A stretch of 64,000 bases of DNA, taken from Synergistaceae bacterium. Its GTDB lineage: Bacteria; Synergistota; Synergistia; Synergistales; Aminobacteriaceae. A model generated the notes under the pieces. The model was not told where the DNA came from. It saw only the letters and a list, made by a program, of their open reading frames with translations, and made no database searches. Both the position numbers and the translations under genes were made by a program. Each line of letters begins with the position of its first letter. The stretch's first letter is position 1. Location of the stretch: the NCBI GenBank assembly GCA_017443985.1, contig JAFSXR010000030.1, forward strand, positions 516-64,515, read 5' to 3'. Of the stretch, positions 18,291 to 27,035 are shown piece after piece.

Positions 18291-21200
18291 TTACGAACTC
18301 GCGGAGCTGTTGCTGTTGTTCCCGTTCCCCGACATCTGCTGAAGTATTGCAGAAATCGCGCTTGCCTGTTGAGAGAGTTTTGAAATCTGCTGCTCGGCGG
18401 CAGCGTATTTAGTTCTCAAATTCTCCTCCATGCGGTCGAGCCTCTCCTGATATTTTTCAAGATATTCATTAATGCTGTTGATCTGGCTGTCAATGTCCTC
18501 AATTTGCCGCGTCAATGTTCCTGACGTTGCGCCTGATGACGAAGTATTCAGCATTGACTTTGTCCACGTGTCCATAGCCGACGCATATTTGAGCATTAAC
18601 GCCTGAACTTCGTCCGGGTTATCTTCAAGAGCCTCCATAAATTTTTCACTGTCAAATTCAAGTTCGCCGCTCTTGCCGTAATCCGTCGAGGTCGTCGCAA
18701 TTCCAAGCTGATAAACGCCTTTGTAAGTGTAATTCATTTTTAGGGCGTTCATTGCTGCAGAGCCGGACATTGTAATTTCAGCGCTCGATGATGAGGAAAT
18801 AACGAGCTTGTCGCCTTCGATTTTAGCTTTGATTAAAGGGTCGTCAAGCAAATTTCCGTCAGCGTCATAAAAAATATTTCTCATTGCGGCGTTTGAGCTG
18901 TCGCTTATTTTGTCAACGATGTCCTGCAATGTATCAGTCGTTAAGACAGGAACGTCAACATACGTGGAATTTATGCGCAGTCTCAAAGTCGAGTCGGTCT
19001 TGAGGCCGTTATAAGCCATTGAGCCGTAAATTTCATCGGAGCTTGTGCGCGATGTGAATGAGTACGTGAAATTTTGCGCCGTGATGTCGCGCATTTGGCT
19101 CTTCGTGTTGCGTAATAAAGAATTTCCGTGAAGAAGTCCCCACCTCATTCTGAAGTCGTCCGAGTCAATCGTCGCGGCCGTGTCTTCGTCAACCTGGCTT
19201 TCAGTCATTCGCGTATTAATCCATGACATTAAACTGTTGTAATTATCGACGAACGTTTGAATCGATTCGACTGCCTTCTCCGCGTCGTGCGAAACGTCCA
19301 TCGAAACTTCGCCGGTGCCTTTTAAGTGAAGCGTCATTCCCTTGATTAATTCGTTGTCGTAGCTCTCGCCGATGTCGTTTGAATCGCGCTGAACTTCCTC
19401 GCCGTCAAGAACTAAAATCGCGTTTTGAGCTTCCGTCATGTCATCATTGAGGCCAAGCGCGTCAATCACCCCGTCGCCGTCGTCGCTCAATGAGAACGTG
19501 TTGACGTTGTACTCGTAATCGATCGAAATATCATCGCCGTAGCTCGGCAGATTATCACGGCTCGTAAAAGTCGCATTAGTCCAAGCGAAATTAAAGACCC
19601 TCACTCCGCCGTTCGTGCTTTCAGTTAGATCTATTCCTAATTTTTCGCTCACGAGGTCGGAGGGCGTTTTTCCGTCGTCGTCCGTGCTCGTGCTCGTCAG
19701 GTCGTACGTCGTACCGTCGTATGTAATTGAATTTAGCGTTCCGTTGTCAGACATCTTAGTAAAGCCCAAACTGCGGAGGTCTAAAGTATCTTCGTAGCCG
19801 CGTGTGGCCGTGTAAGTTTTTCTTTCTCCGTTCTCGGTCGTTAAATTGATCGTGTACTGCGAAGTTGACCTGGAGGCCGGGAAATACCATTCGTAATTTG
19901 TACCGGTCTTCCAGTTTATTAACACGTTGCCGTCATCGTTCGTCCCGACTTCATAATCAACGCCCTCATAAAAAATTTTTGAGCCCTGATTAATTGTCGT
20001 AGTGCCTGCCTTAAATTCATCATAATCAGGAGAGCCCGAGACAATCACGTCAGAATTTGAGCGCGTTACAGCGTCCTCAATCGCAAAAACTTCTCCGCCC
20101 CCCGTGCCTCTGCTGGTGTAGGAAATCGTGAACTTTGTGTTATTTGCAGGAGCATTGCCTCCGCTTATCCACTGTAAGACCGCTGAATGATTTGAGGAGT
20201 CGTCGTCCTCAAGCATGGTAATTCTATAATCAACGCCGTATCTATAAGTGTTGCCTTCTTCGTCGGTGAGCGTCAAAACTTCTTCGAGTGCGTCATCAAT
20301 ATCGCTAATGTCTGAATCAGCCGTGAGTTTAGAATTAGCATTTTTCAAAATTTGTTCGTAGCTTAGATAAGAATTTTCACTGTCAGAAATTTTCCCGTCG
20401 TCTGTGATTAATTTGACTTCAAATTCTTTGTCGTCGCTATAATTATATGTTCCGCTTGTTTCAATAGGCTTGAAGCTTTCATAATTGATCGTGTATTCCG
20501 TGCCCTTGTCGGGTGCGCTTGGCACGTAGGTCTCTTTTGTGTTGAGCCATACAATTTCGCCGTTAGTTATTTCAAAGTCGGTGCCGTATGTATATGTAGT
20601 GCCGTCTGAATCTTTAATGACAATATTTTCATAATCATCTTCATCAAGTTCTAAGTCGTCGCCTAAGAGGTTCGTTAATGTTAAGTCCTTGTCATCGTCC
20701 GACGATTTAACGCTAGCTGAATATTTTTTTGTTTGAGTCCCGGATAAGGCGAACGTATAGCTCGTGTCCTCATCAGGCGCGGTCTGTAGTCCAAGCAGGC
20801 TGATATTTTTTTCTTGAGCGTAAGTTGAGGCGGCTATGTTCGCGTCAAGAGCATTTATTGAGCCGTCGCCGTTCGAGTCCGTTGCCGCGAACCACGAAAC
20901 AACATAACCGTCCCCGTCATCTTTAACCCTTATGACGTAGTCGCGGCCGTATTCATATTCTGTTCCGTCCTCGTCAGTTAATTTGAACAGCGACGTGTCC
21001 GCAGGGTCAAGGTATGTTCTGATTACGCCGTCAGAGCCCGTTAATGTCAGTGTCGGAACGTCCGAGCCGGTTGCCTTTTTATATGCCTTGCTAAATTCAT
21101 CAACGTCAATGTTAATTTCATCGTCATCTGTAGAGCCTCTGGTAACTTCGCTCTGAATCGATAAGCTGAAAGTATAGCTCGTGGCTGCGTCAGGCGCGGC

Positions 21201-22883
21201 CTGTACGTCAAGCAGGCTGATATTTTTTTCTTGAGCGTAAGTTGAGACAGCTACATTTGCATCATGTTCATCTATTGAGCCGTCGCCGTTCGAGTCCGCT
21301 GCCGCGCACCATGAGACGACATAACCGTCCCCGTTATCGTTCAAACTTATGACATAGTCGCGGCCGTATTCATATTCTGTTCCGTCCCCGTCAGTTAATT
21401 TGAACAGCGACGTGTCCGCAGGGTCAAGGTATGTTCTGGTTACGTTGTCAGAGCCCGTTAATGTTAATGTCGGAACGTCAGAGCCTATAGCTTTTTTATA
21501 TGCCTCATTAAAATCATCAACATCAATTTCAAGTTCATCTTCAGTTGTGCCAGAGCCCCTAGTGCCCTCGACAATGTCTTTATAAGTCGGATAATAGACG
21601 GTCGTAGCATCTGTCGAATAGCTCACGGTGTAGGAGTCCGGCTCGTTCGTCGTGCTTGCCTGTTCGAGCCATGTAACAGTGCCGTCTTTGAAAGTGAAAT
21701 CCTTTCCGTAATAAAAAGTTTTCGTAACCTCGACAGTCGTCGTAACGTTATACGCGCCGTCCTCGTCTTCAGTTATTGTTGTCGTTGTAGTCGTTATTAT
21801 TTCGTTGTTATAGTCGTCGGTCTCCGTGTCGGTGTCTGTCGTCGTCCCGACCTCTTCGCCGGAGCTGAGAGAAGTTTTTGTCTCCGTCGTCGTCGTTACG
21901 TTTTTGCCGGTGATCGACATTCGCTGCGATAAAGTTCCGTTGTCAATGACATCAAAGCCGAGCGACACGCTGTCCGTAGTGCCGGAGGTTTTTTTAACGG
22001 TCTTGCCGAAAACATCGCCGACCCCCATTGTGTACGACGCGGAAACGCTCTCGCCGAGTTTTACGTTGTCGGTGTCCTCGTATTGCTTCCAGCGTATTTG
22101 ATTATTCACGACCTCGTAATCTGTATGAAGGGTGTAAGTTGTCGATCCGCTCATGACTTTCAGATTATCGAGATTATTTTCATCTACTACTATATTAGTG
22201 TATGCTCCGCTGTCGGCATTCGTTATTATCGTGCCAAGATCGGTGAAGCCGCTGGAATTATATTTATCTTTTGTCGTGCCCGTAACAGAAGTTGTCCCAA
22301 GCCCGGTGTAATCGCTTTTGAGAATTAATTTATTATCGACGACCGAAGCCGTAACAGCCAGAGGCGTGCTTAAAGTTTTCAGCGTCGTGTTGATTCGGGA
22401 CTTGAGAGACTCAAGCGTGTCGGTGTTGTAAACGTCAATCCCGACCTGCTGACCGCCGGCGTTGATATACATTTTTGAGCTCTCTATGCTTCCGAGTGTG
22501 CTTTTAAGATTAGATGAAGTTATCTGCTTGGATCTGTTCGTCTGCGCCGTAGCGAGCTGATTAACTTTCAGATCGTAAACGTTGACTTCTGCGTCAGCGT
22601 TGACCGTTGCCGTTAAGACTCCTTTATAAGAACCTGACGTGTCAATTCTCTCAATCTCAATTTCTTTTGCCTTGTAAGTCGAGGCAAGTTTCAAAGGCGA
22701 CAGAGACGTTTGAATGCTGTTCATAGTAACTTTCATTTCCTCGAACAGAGTTTTTTTATTCGTCAGGTTTGTTTTTTTATTCACCTGCACCATAGCGGGC
22801 TTCTGAGCAGACTCAAGAATGTTCTCGATCATGCTCTCCCAGTCCATGCCGGAGACTACGCCCGAAACGCTCATTGATGCCAT
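18291..22883 (-). CDS. fliD: flagellar filament cap protein FliD (hook-associated protein 2), giant 1530-aa form
   Basis: The N-terminus VSGVVSGMDWESMIENILESAQKPAMVQVNKK and the C-terminal coiled coil (TLTRQIEDIDSQINSINEYLEKYQERLDRMEENLRTKYAAAEQQISKL) are FliD N/C domains. About 1100 aa of acidic, Thr-rich insert lies between them. Confidence 0.85.
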   Translation of the reverse strand: MASMSVSGVVSGMDWESMIENILESAQKPAMVQVNKKTNLTNKKTLFEEMKVTMNSIQTSLSPLKLASTYKAKEIEIERIDTSGSYKGVLTATVNADAEVNVYDLKVNQLATAQTNRSKQITSSNLKSTLGSIESSKMYINAGGQQVGIDVYNTDTLESLKSRINTTLKTLSTPLAVTASVVDNKLILKSDYTGLGTTSVTGTTKDKYNSSGFTDLGTIITNADSGAYTNIVVDENNLDNLKVMSGSTTYTLHTDYEVVNNQIRWKQYEDTDNVKLGESVSASYTMGVGDVFGKTVKKTSGTTDSVSLGFDVIDNGTLSQRMSITGKNVTTTTETKTSLSSGEEVGTTTDTDTETDDYNNEIITTTTTTITEDEDGAYNVTTTVEVTKTFYYGKDFTFKDGTVTWLEQASTTNEPDSYTVSYSTDATTVYYPTYKDIVEGTRGSGTTEDELEIDVDDFNEAYKKAIGSDVPTLTLTGSDNVTRTYLDPADTSLFKLTDGDGTEYEYGRDYVISLNDNGDGYVVSWCAAADSNGDGSIDEHDANVAVSTYAQEKNISLLDVQAAPDAATSYTFSLSIQSEVTRGSTDDDEINIDVDEFSKAYKKATGSDVPTLTLTGSDGVIRTYLDPADTSLFKLTDEDGTEYEYGRDYVIRVKDDGDGYVVSWFAATDSNGDGSINALDANIAASTYAQEKNISLLGLQTAPDEDTSYTFALSGTQTKKYSASVKSSDDDKDLTLTNLLGDDLELDEDDYENIVIKDSDGTTYTYGTDFEITNGEIVWLNTKETYVPSAPDKGTEYTINYESFKPIETSGTYNYSDDKEFEVKLITDDGKISDSENSYLSYEQILKNANSKLTADSDISDIDDALEEVLTLTDEEGNTYRYGVDYRITMLEDDDSSNHSAVLQWISGGNAPANNTKFTISYTSRGTGGGEVFAIEDAVTRSNSDVIVSGSPDYDEFKAGTTTINQGSKIFYEGVDYEVGTNDDGNVLINWKTGTNYEWYFPASRSTSQYTINLTTENGERKTYTATRGYEDTLDLRSLGFTKMSDNGTLNSITYDGTTYDLTSTSTDDDGKTPSDLVSEKLGIDLTESTNGGVRVFNFAWTNATFTSRDNLPSYGDDISIDYEYNVNTFSLSDDGDGVIDALGLNDDMTEAQNAILVLDGEEVQRDSNDIGESYDNELIKGMTLHLKGTGEVSMDVSHDAEKAVESIQTFVDNYNSLMSWINTRMTESQVDEDTAATIDSDDFRMRWGLLHGNSLLRNTKSQMRDITAQNFTYSFTSRTSSDEIYGSMAYNGLKTDSTLRLRINSTYVDVPVLTTDTLQDIVDKISDSSNAAMRNIFYDADGNLLDDPLIKAKIEGDKLVISSSSSAEITMSGSAAMNALKMNYTYKGVYQLGIATTSTDYGKSGELEFDSEKFMEALEDNPDEVQALMLKYASAMDTWTKSMLNTSSSGATSGTLTRQIEDIDSQINSINEYLEKYQERLDRMEENLRTKYAAAEQQISKLSQQASAISAILQQMSGNGNNSNSSASS
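20742..21545 (-). repeat. tandem ~417-bp (139-aa) duplication inside fliD
   Basis: EDELEIDVDDFNEAYKKAIGSDVPTLTLTGSDNVTRTYLDPADTSLFKLTDGDGTEYEYGRDYV.. is repeated as DDEINIDVDEFSKAYKKATGSDVPTLTLTGSDGVIRTYLDPADTSLFKLTDEDGTEYEYGRDYV... Long nucleotide stretches are identical (compare 20941-21065 with 21358-21485). Confidence 0.9.
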
Positions 22884-22926
22884 AAAATTTTAACCTCCTG
22901 TTCATTTAGAGACTATCCTAAAAATT

Positions 22927-22962
22927 TTATCGGTGCTTTTGAAAAAAATAATTAGAGAGAAA
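22927..22962 (-). promoter_or_regulatory. possible sigma-28 (FliA)-type promoter for fliD
   Basis: The minus strand reads TAAT-N16-ACCGATAA, against the consensus TAAA-N15-GCCGATAA. The -10 element matches 7 of 8 (revcomp of 22927-22934); the -35 is weak. Confidence 0.3.
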
Positions 22963-22977
22963 AAAATTTTTTTGCGG

Positions 22978-23139
22978 CCCGAAAAAAATTTGTGATTCTA
23001 TTTTTTCAAACGGCTCTGTAATTTTTGATGGGCATGAAAAAAAATAAAACTTTTTGTAGGTGTAAAAGTAGTTGCAAAAATTTTTCTCTGATTTTTTTTA
23101 ATGGAATAAAAATATTTTAGCACATGAAAATTTTTTGGG
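22978..23139 (-). mobile_element. AT-rich MITE-like intergenic element, copy 1 (~162 bp)
   Basis: Ends are CCCGAAAAAAATTTGTGATTCTA (left) and the revcomp of the right end, CCCAAAAAATTTTCATGTGCTAA, forming an imperfect TIR. The core is TTGTAGGTGTAAAAGTAGTTGCAAAAA. It aligns along its length with copies at 46800-46965, 54264-54360 and 62361-62529. Confidence 0.7.
22995..23022 (-). promoter_or_regulatory. promoter-like module carried by MITE-like copy 1, pointing toward fliD
   Basis: The minus strand reads ATTACA - 16 nt - TAGAAT. Confidence 0.3.
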
Positions 23140-23210
23140 AACAAGCGCAAAAAAAATTAAAGCCCGGCAAAACCCCTGAGGACTTTGTTCGGGCAGCCGT
23201 GAAAAATTTT

Positions 23211-24221
23211 TTAACGTTTCGGATTAATTAATAACCCCATAGCCGGATAAATTGTATTCATTGTCTCGCGTGCGACTCTCTCGGCGCGCTCGGCACCGTC
23301 CGCAAGAATTTCATCTAATAAAGATTTCTTGCCTTCATATTTTGCTCTACGCTCCCTCACCGGGTTCATCATGTCCTGAATATGAGCGTTTAATTTTTTC
23401 TTGCAGTCTATGCAACCGATGCCGGCATTTTTGCAGCCCTCGCAGATTTCTTTCTTCTCGTCCTCGTCATGATTAAAGACTTTGTGTAAATCCCATACGG
23501 GGCATTTTTCCGGGTCGCCGGGATCCGTGCGCCTCATTCGTGCCGGGTCGGTCATCATCGTTCTGAGCTTCTGCCACATTGACTCGGCAGGTTCAGAAAT
23601 TTCAAGAGCATTGCCGTATGACTTGCTCATCTTGCGACCGTCAATTCCCGGAACTTTCGGTGTCTGAGTGAATAACGGCTGAGGCTCGACTAATAAATCT
23701 TCGCCAAAAAAATTATTGAAGCGTCTGACAGTTTCGCGGCTTAATTCTAAATGCGCGCTTTGATCTTCGCCGACGGGAACGAGAGAGGCGCGGTAAAGCA
23801 AAATATCAGCCGCCATTAAAACGGGATAGCCGAGAAAAGCATACGTGCCCAAGTCTTTATTTTTTATGTTAAATAATTGTTCTTTGTACGTAGGATTTCT
23901 GTAGAGCCAGCCTAACGGTGTAATCATTCCTAACGCTAAGGCCAGCTCCGCGTGCTGCGGTACATGCGACTGAATAAACACCGGACTTCTTTCAGGGTCA
24001 ATGCCGACTGCCAGCCAGTCAAGCAGAGCTGTGTAACAATATTCGCCCGTGTTCGCCGAGTCCGCGTAATTTGACATTAGGGCGTGCCAGTCCGCTATGC
24101 TGTAAAAACATTCATAATTATCATCATTCTGAAGCTTCACGAAATTGCTCAAAGCTCCGGCCATATGTCCAAGATGCAGCGGGCCCGTCGGACGCATCGC
24201 GCTTAAAACTCTTTTCTTCAT
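23211..24221 (-). CDS. trpS: tryptophan--tRNA ligase
   Basis: Class I motifs: PTGPLHLGH (HIGH) and KMSKS. The length and overall sequence are typical TrpRS. A Cys cluster C-x19-C-x2-C-x6-C-x2-C lies near the C-terminus. Confidence 0.95.
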   Translation of the reverse strand: MKKRVLSAMRPTGPLHLGHMAGALSNFVKLQNDDNYECFYSIADWHALMSNYADSANTGEYCYTALLDWLAVGIDPERSPVFIQSHVPQHAELALALGMITPLGWLYRNPTYKEQLFNIKNKDLGTYAFLGYPVLMAADILLYRASLVPVGEDQSAHLELSRETVRRFNNFFGEDLLVEPQPLFTQTPKVPGIDGRKMSKSYGNALEISEPAESMWQKLRTMMTDPARMRRTDPGDPEKCPVWDLHKVFNHDEDEKKEICEGCKNAGIGCIDCKKKLNAHIQDMMNPVRERRAKYEGKKSLLDEILADGAERAERVARETMNTIYPAMGLLINPKR

Positions 24222-24323
24222 AATTTTTTCTCCTGCTTGTTATTATTAATTGCGCAACATAGTATAACCCGATTAATTATAATCATGTATAATTCAAAAA
24301 ATTCACGAATAGGAGGTAAATTT

Positions 24324-26102
24324 ATGTTCGTAAAGATCGTATGCACGATAGGCCCTGCTAGCGACAACTTTGAGACTCTAAAATCAATGGCTGAAGCCGG
24401 AATGAATGTCGCAAGATTAAATTTTTCACACGGAGATTATGAGGGCCACGAAAAAAAATTGAAACTAATCCGCCGCGTTGAGCGTTCGACAAAAAAACCC
24501 ATTGCAGCGTTACTTGATACAAAAGGCCCGGAAATCAGAACAGGCCGCGTAAAAGACGGCGAGGTGCCGTTGAAACAGGGAGCAAAGATAATTCTTTCAT
24601 CATGCGAGGAACCTTTTGAGGGCACTTCCGAAAAAGTTTGGGTAAATTATAGATTGCTGGCTCAGGAAGTTCAGCCGAAGCAAAATATTTACATTGATGA
24701 CGGCACAATAAATCTTGAAGTCGAAAAAATTGAAGGCGATGACGTTCACTGTAAAGTTATCGTCGGCGGAGCACTGCGCAACACAAAAGGAATAAATCTT
24801 CCGGGCTCCGATATAACGCTTCCGGCTCTTTCTGAAAAAGACAAGGCCGACATAGCTTGGGGCATTCAGCACGGCATGGAATATCTTGCGCTCTCGTTCG
24901 TAAAGACCCGTCAGGATATTGTCGAGGTCCGCAGGCTCATTCAATCATACGGCGGAAGCATGAAAGTTCTTGCAAAGATCGAAACGCGCCAGGCCGTTCA
25001 AAATATTGAAGAGATCGTTGACGTTGTTGACGGCGTAATGGTAGCACGAGGCGACTTGGGCGTGGAGGTAGCGACTGAAGATGTCCCGTTAGTCCAGAAA
25101 AAAATCATAGAAATGTGCCGCGTTCGTGGAAAGGTTGTCATCGTTGCCACCCAGATGCTTGACTCCATGATAAGAAATCCCAGACCGACTCGAGCCGAAG
25201 CCAGCGATGTCGCTAACGCCGTACTCGACGGGACTGACGCTGTTATGCTGTCGGGCGAGACTGCTTCAGGAAATTACCCCGTCCAAGCCGTAGCGACGAT
25301 GCGGAAAATTGTTGACAGAGCCGAAAAAGATCTTGGCCTCTGGGGAAATCATTTGACAAGCCGAAATAAAAATAAACCTGCCGCAGAAGTTGAGAGTATT
25401 CCCGTTCCTGATGCCGTGAGCGGAGCAGCGGTGTTAATCGCAAAACAGATAAAAGCCCCTGCGATTATTTCATTAAGCAGAAGCGGACTGACCGCGAAAA
25501 TGATAAGCAAGCACCGTCCCGAATGTCCTATCTTGGGCGTTACTCCGAGCCAGCAGACTTGGCGCGAGCTTTCTTTGTGGTGGGGAGTCCAGCCCGTGAG
25601 GCTTTCGGAAATGTCGGACATAAACGTCGCTGCGCGTGAGGCAATCACAACATGCGTCAACATGAAATTATTGCCTGAAGGAGAGCTAGTCGTAATTACT
25701 GCCGGAGTCCCCGTAGGCCGTCCGGGCTCTACGAACGTCGTTGAAGTTTTGACAACGGGGACGATTTTATTATCAGGCACTCCGCTTTCAAATAAAAATG
25801 CTACGGGAAAAGTCTGCATAGCCCGAACTCCTCAAGAGGCTCTTGAAAAAGTTACGCCCGGCTGTATTCTCGTCGTGAGGCAGTTAAGCGAAGACTATCG
25901 CCCCGTGCTTGCAAAAGTCGGAGCGGTTTTGTTCGAGAGCGGTTTATTATTCTCCGAAGGCAACGCGCTCGCAATGGATTACAACTTACCTTGCATTGTC
26001 GGAGTCGCGGACGCTTTCTCAACTTTAATGGACGATGACGTTGTTTCGATTGACGGAACTCGCGGACTTGTCTATCGCGGAGTCGTAAGGCTCGTAGTTT
26101 AA
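24324..26102 (+). CDS. pyk: pyruvate kinase with C-terminal PEP-utilizer (swivel) domain
   Basis: MFVKIVCTIGPAS, NVARLNFSHG, MVARGDLGVE and ATQMLDSM are canonical PK motifs. SD AGGAGG lies at 24311-24316. The extra ~90-aa C-terminal domain is as in Bacillus-type Pyk. The longer ORF from 24237 has no support. Confidence 0.95.
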   Translation: MFVKIVCTIGPASDNFETLKSMAEAGMNVARLNFSHGDYEGHEKKLKLIRRVERSTKKPIAALLDTKGPEIRTGRVKDGEVPLKQGAKIILSSCEEPFEGTSEKVWVNYRLLAQEVQPKQNIYIDDGTINLEVEKIEGDDVHCKVIVGGALRNTKGINLPGSDITLPALSEKDKADIAWGIQHGMEYLALSFVKTRQDIVEVRRLIQSYGGSMKVLAKIETRQAVQNIEEIVDVVDGVMVARGDLGVEVATEDVPLVQKKIIEMCRVRGKVVIVATQMLDSMIRNPRPTRAEASDVANAVLDGTDAVMLSGETASGNYPVQAVATMRKIVDRAEKDLGLWGNHLTSRNKNKPAAEVESIPVPDAVSGAAVLIAKQIKAPAIISLSRSGLTAKMISKHRPECPILGVTPSQQTWRELSLWWGVQPVRLSEMSDINVAAREAITTCVNMKLLPEGELVVITAGVPVGRPGSTNVVEVLTTGTILLSGTPLSNKNATGKVCIARTPQEALEKVTPGCILVVRQLSEDYRPVLAKVGAVLFESGLLFSEGNALAMDYNLPCIVGVADAFSTLMDDDVVSIDGTRGLVYRGVVRLVV

Positions 26103-26175
26103 TAAGAGGTGAAGAGGTAGAAAGTAGGAGGTAGGAAGTAAAACCTCCTAACTCCTGCCTCCTAACTCCTACCTG
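26103..26175. repeat. inverted pair of SD-like heptamer arrays (long imperfect hairpin) between pyk and cdaA
   Basis: TAAGAGGTGAAGAGGTAGAAAGTAGGAGGTAGGAAGT (26103-26139), AAA, then ACCTCCTAACTCCTGCCTCCTAACTCCTACCTG (26143-26175). It starts 1 nt after the pyk stop. Confidence 0.9.
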
Positions 26176-26183
26176 AAAAAAAT

Positions 26184-27035
26184 ATGTGGGCAAATATACG
26201 AAGTTTAATAGACATTGCGATTGTCTCGTTAATAATTTATAGAATTTTAGTTTTGTTAGTCGGCACGCAGGCAATTCAATTAGTGAAGGGAGTTTTCTTC
26301 GTCTTGCTGCTGTCATTGCTTGCCTCGTTTTTAAGACTGCGCCTTCTAAGCTGGTTTCTAGGAAGTTCTTTGCTGGCTTTAAGTTTTGCCGTTCCGATTG
26401 TCTTTCAGCCTGAGGTCAGAAAAATGTTAGTCGAGCTTGGGCGCGGTCATTTTTATAATCGTCCGATGTCTGCGGACGAGGCCGAAGTAAGAGTTAATCA
26501 GATTGCCGGAGCTCTTCAATACCTCAAGGCTCATAAAATAGGAGCGTTAATAGTCCTTCAAAGAGAAGACTTGCTCACGAAATATACGGAAACGGCCATA
26601 CACTTAAACGCTAATATAACCGCAGAATTAATCGAGTCAATCTTCTGGGTCAATAATCCTCTTCACGACGGCGCGATAGTTTTAGACAAATATAAAATAA
26701 TCGCCGCAGGGTGTTATCTGCCTCTTGCCGATGCTCCTGAAATTTCACGCTGGTACGGAACAAGACACAGGGCCGGGCTTGGAGTTACTCAGGTCTCTGA
26801 CGCTTTAGTCTTTATAGTTTCGGAGGAGCGCGGAGAAATTTCTTTAGCGGCTTCGGGAAGACTAGATAAAAATATAAAAGACTTCCAAGTCGAAAGATTA
26901 TTAATGCACTATTTTGTTGGCGAGCAAGTTATAAAAGGCTGGAAAGGACGTTTGCATGAGCTTAAAAAAATATTCTGGACAGATACTAATAATCAAAGGC
27001 CGGAAATGAGATCAGGGGGCGATCTTGTAAATTGA
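26184..27035 (+). CDS. cdaA: diadenylate cyclase CdaA
   Basis: Three N-terminal TM helices followed by a DAC domain with PLHDGAIVL and GTRHRAGLG..IVSEERGEISL. Confidence 0.9.
   Translation: MWANIRSLIDIAIVSLIIYRILVLLVGTQAIQLVKGVFFVLLLSLLASFLRLRLLSWFLGSSLLALSFAVPIVFQPEVRKMLVELGRGHFYNRPMSADEAEVRVNQIAGALQYLKAHKIGALIVLQREDLLTKYTETAIHLNANITAELIESIFWVNNPLHDGAIVLDKYKIIAAGCYLPLADAPEISRWYGTRHRAGLGVTQVSDALVFIVSEERGEISLAASGRLDKNIKDFQVERLLMHYFVGEQVIKGWKGRLHELKKIFWTDTNNQRPEMRSGGDLVN

Noticed and set aside
21826-22328. Plus-strand ORFs (91 aa and 81 aa) inside fliD, and similar antisense ORFs inside flgK/flgL (e.g. 35728-36291, 36508-36771)
   Set aside because: These are shadow ORFs created by the biased Thr/Asp/Ser codon composition of the giant flagellar genes. 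They have no RBS or recognisable motifs.
24237-24323. Upstream extension of the pyruvate kinase ORF
   Set aside because: The consensus PK N-terminus (MFVKIVCTIGPAS) starts at 24324, directly after a strong SD. The extension runs into the divergent trpS promoter region.
25852-26316. 154-aa minus-strand ORF spanning the pyk 3' end, the heptamer hairpin and the cdaA 5' end
   Set aside because: It overlaps two confident plus-strand genes and a repeat hairpin, and its Arg/Leu-rich translation is typical of antisense frames.
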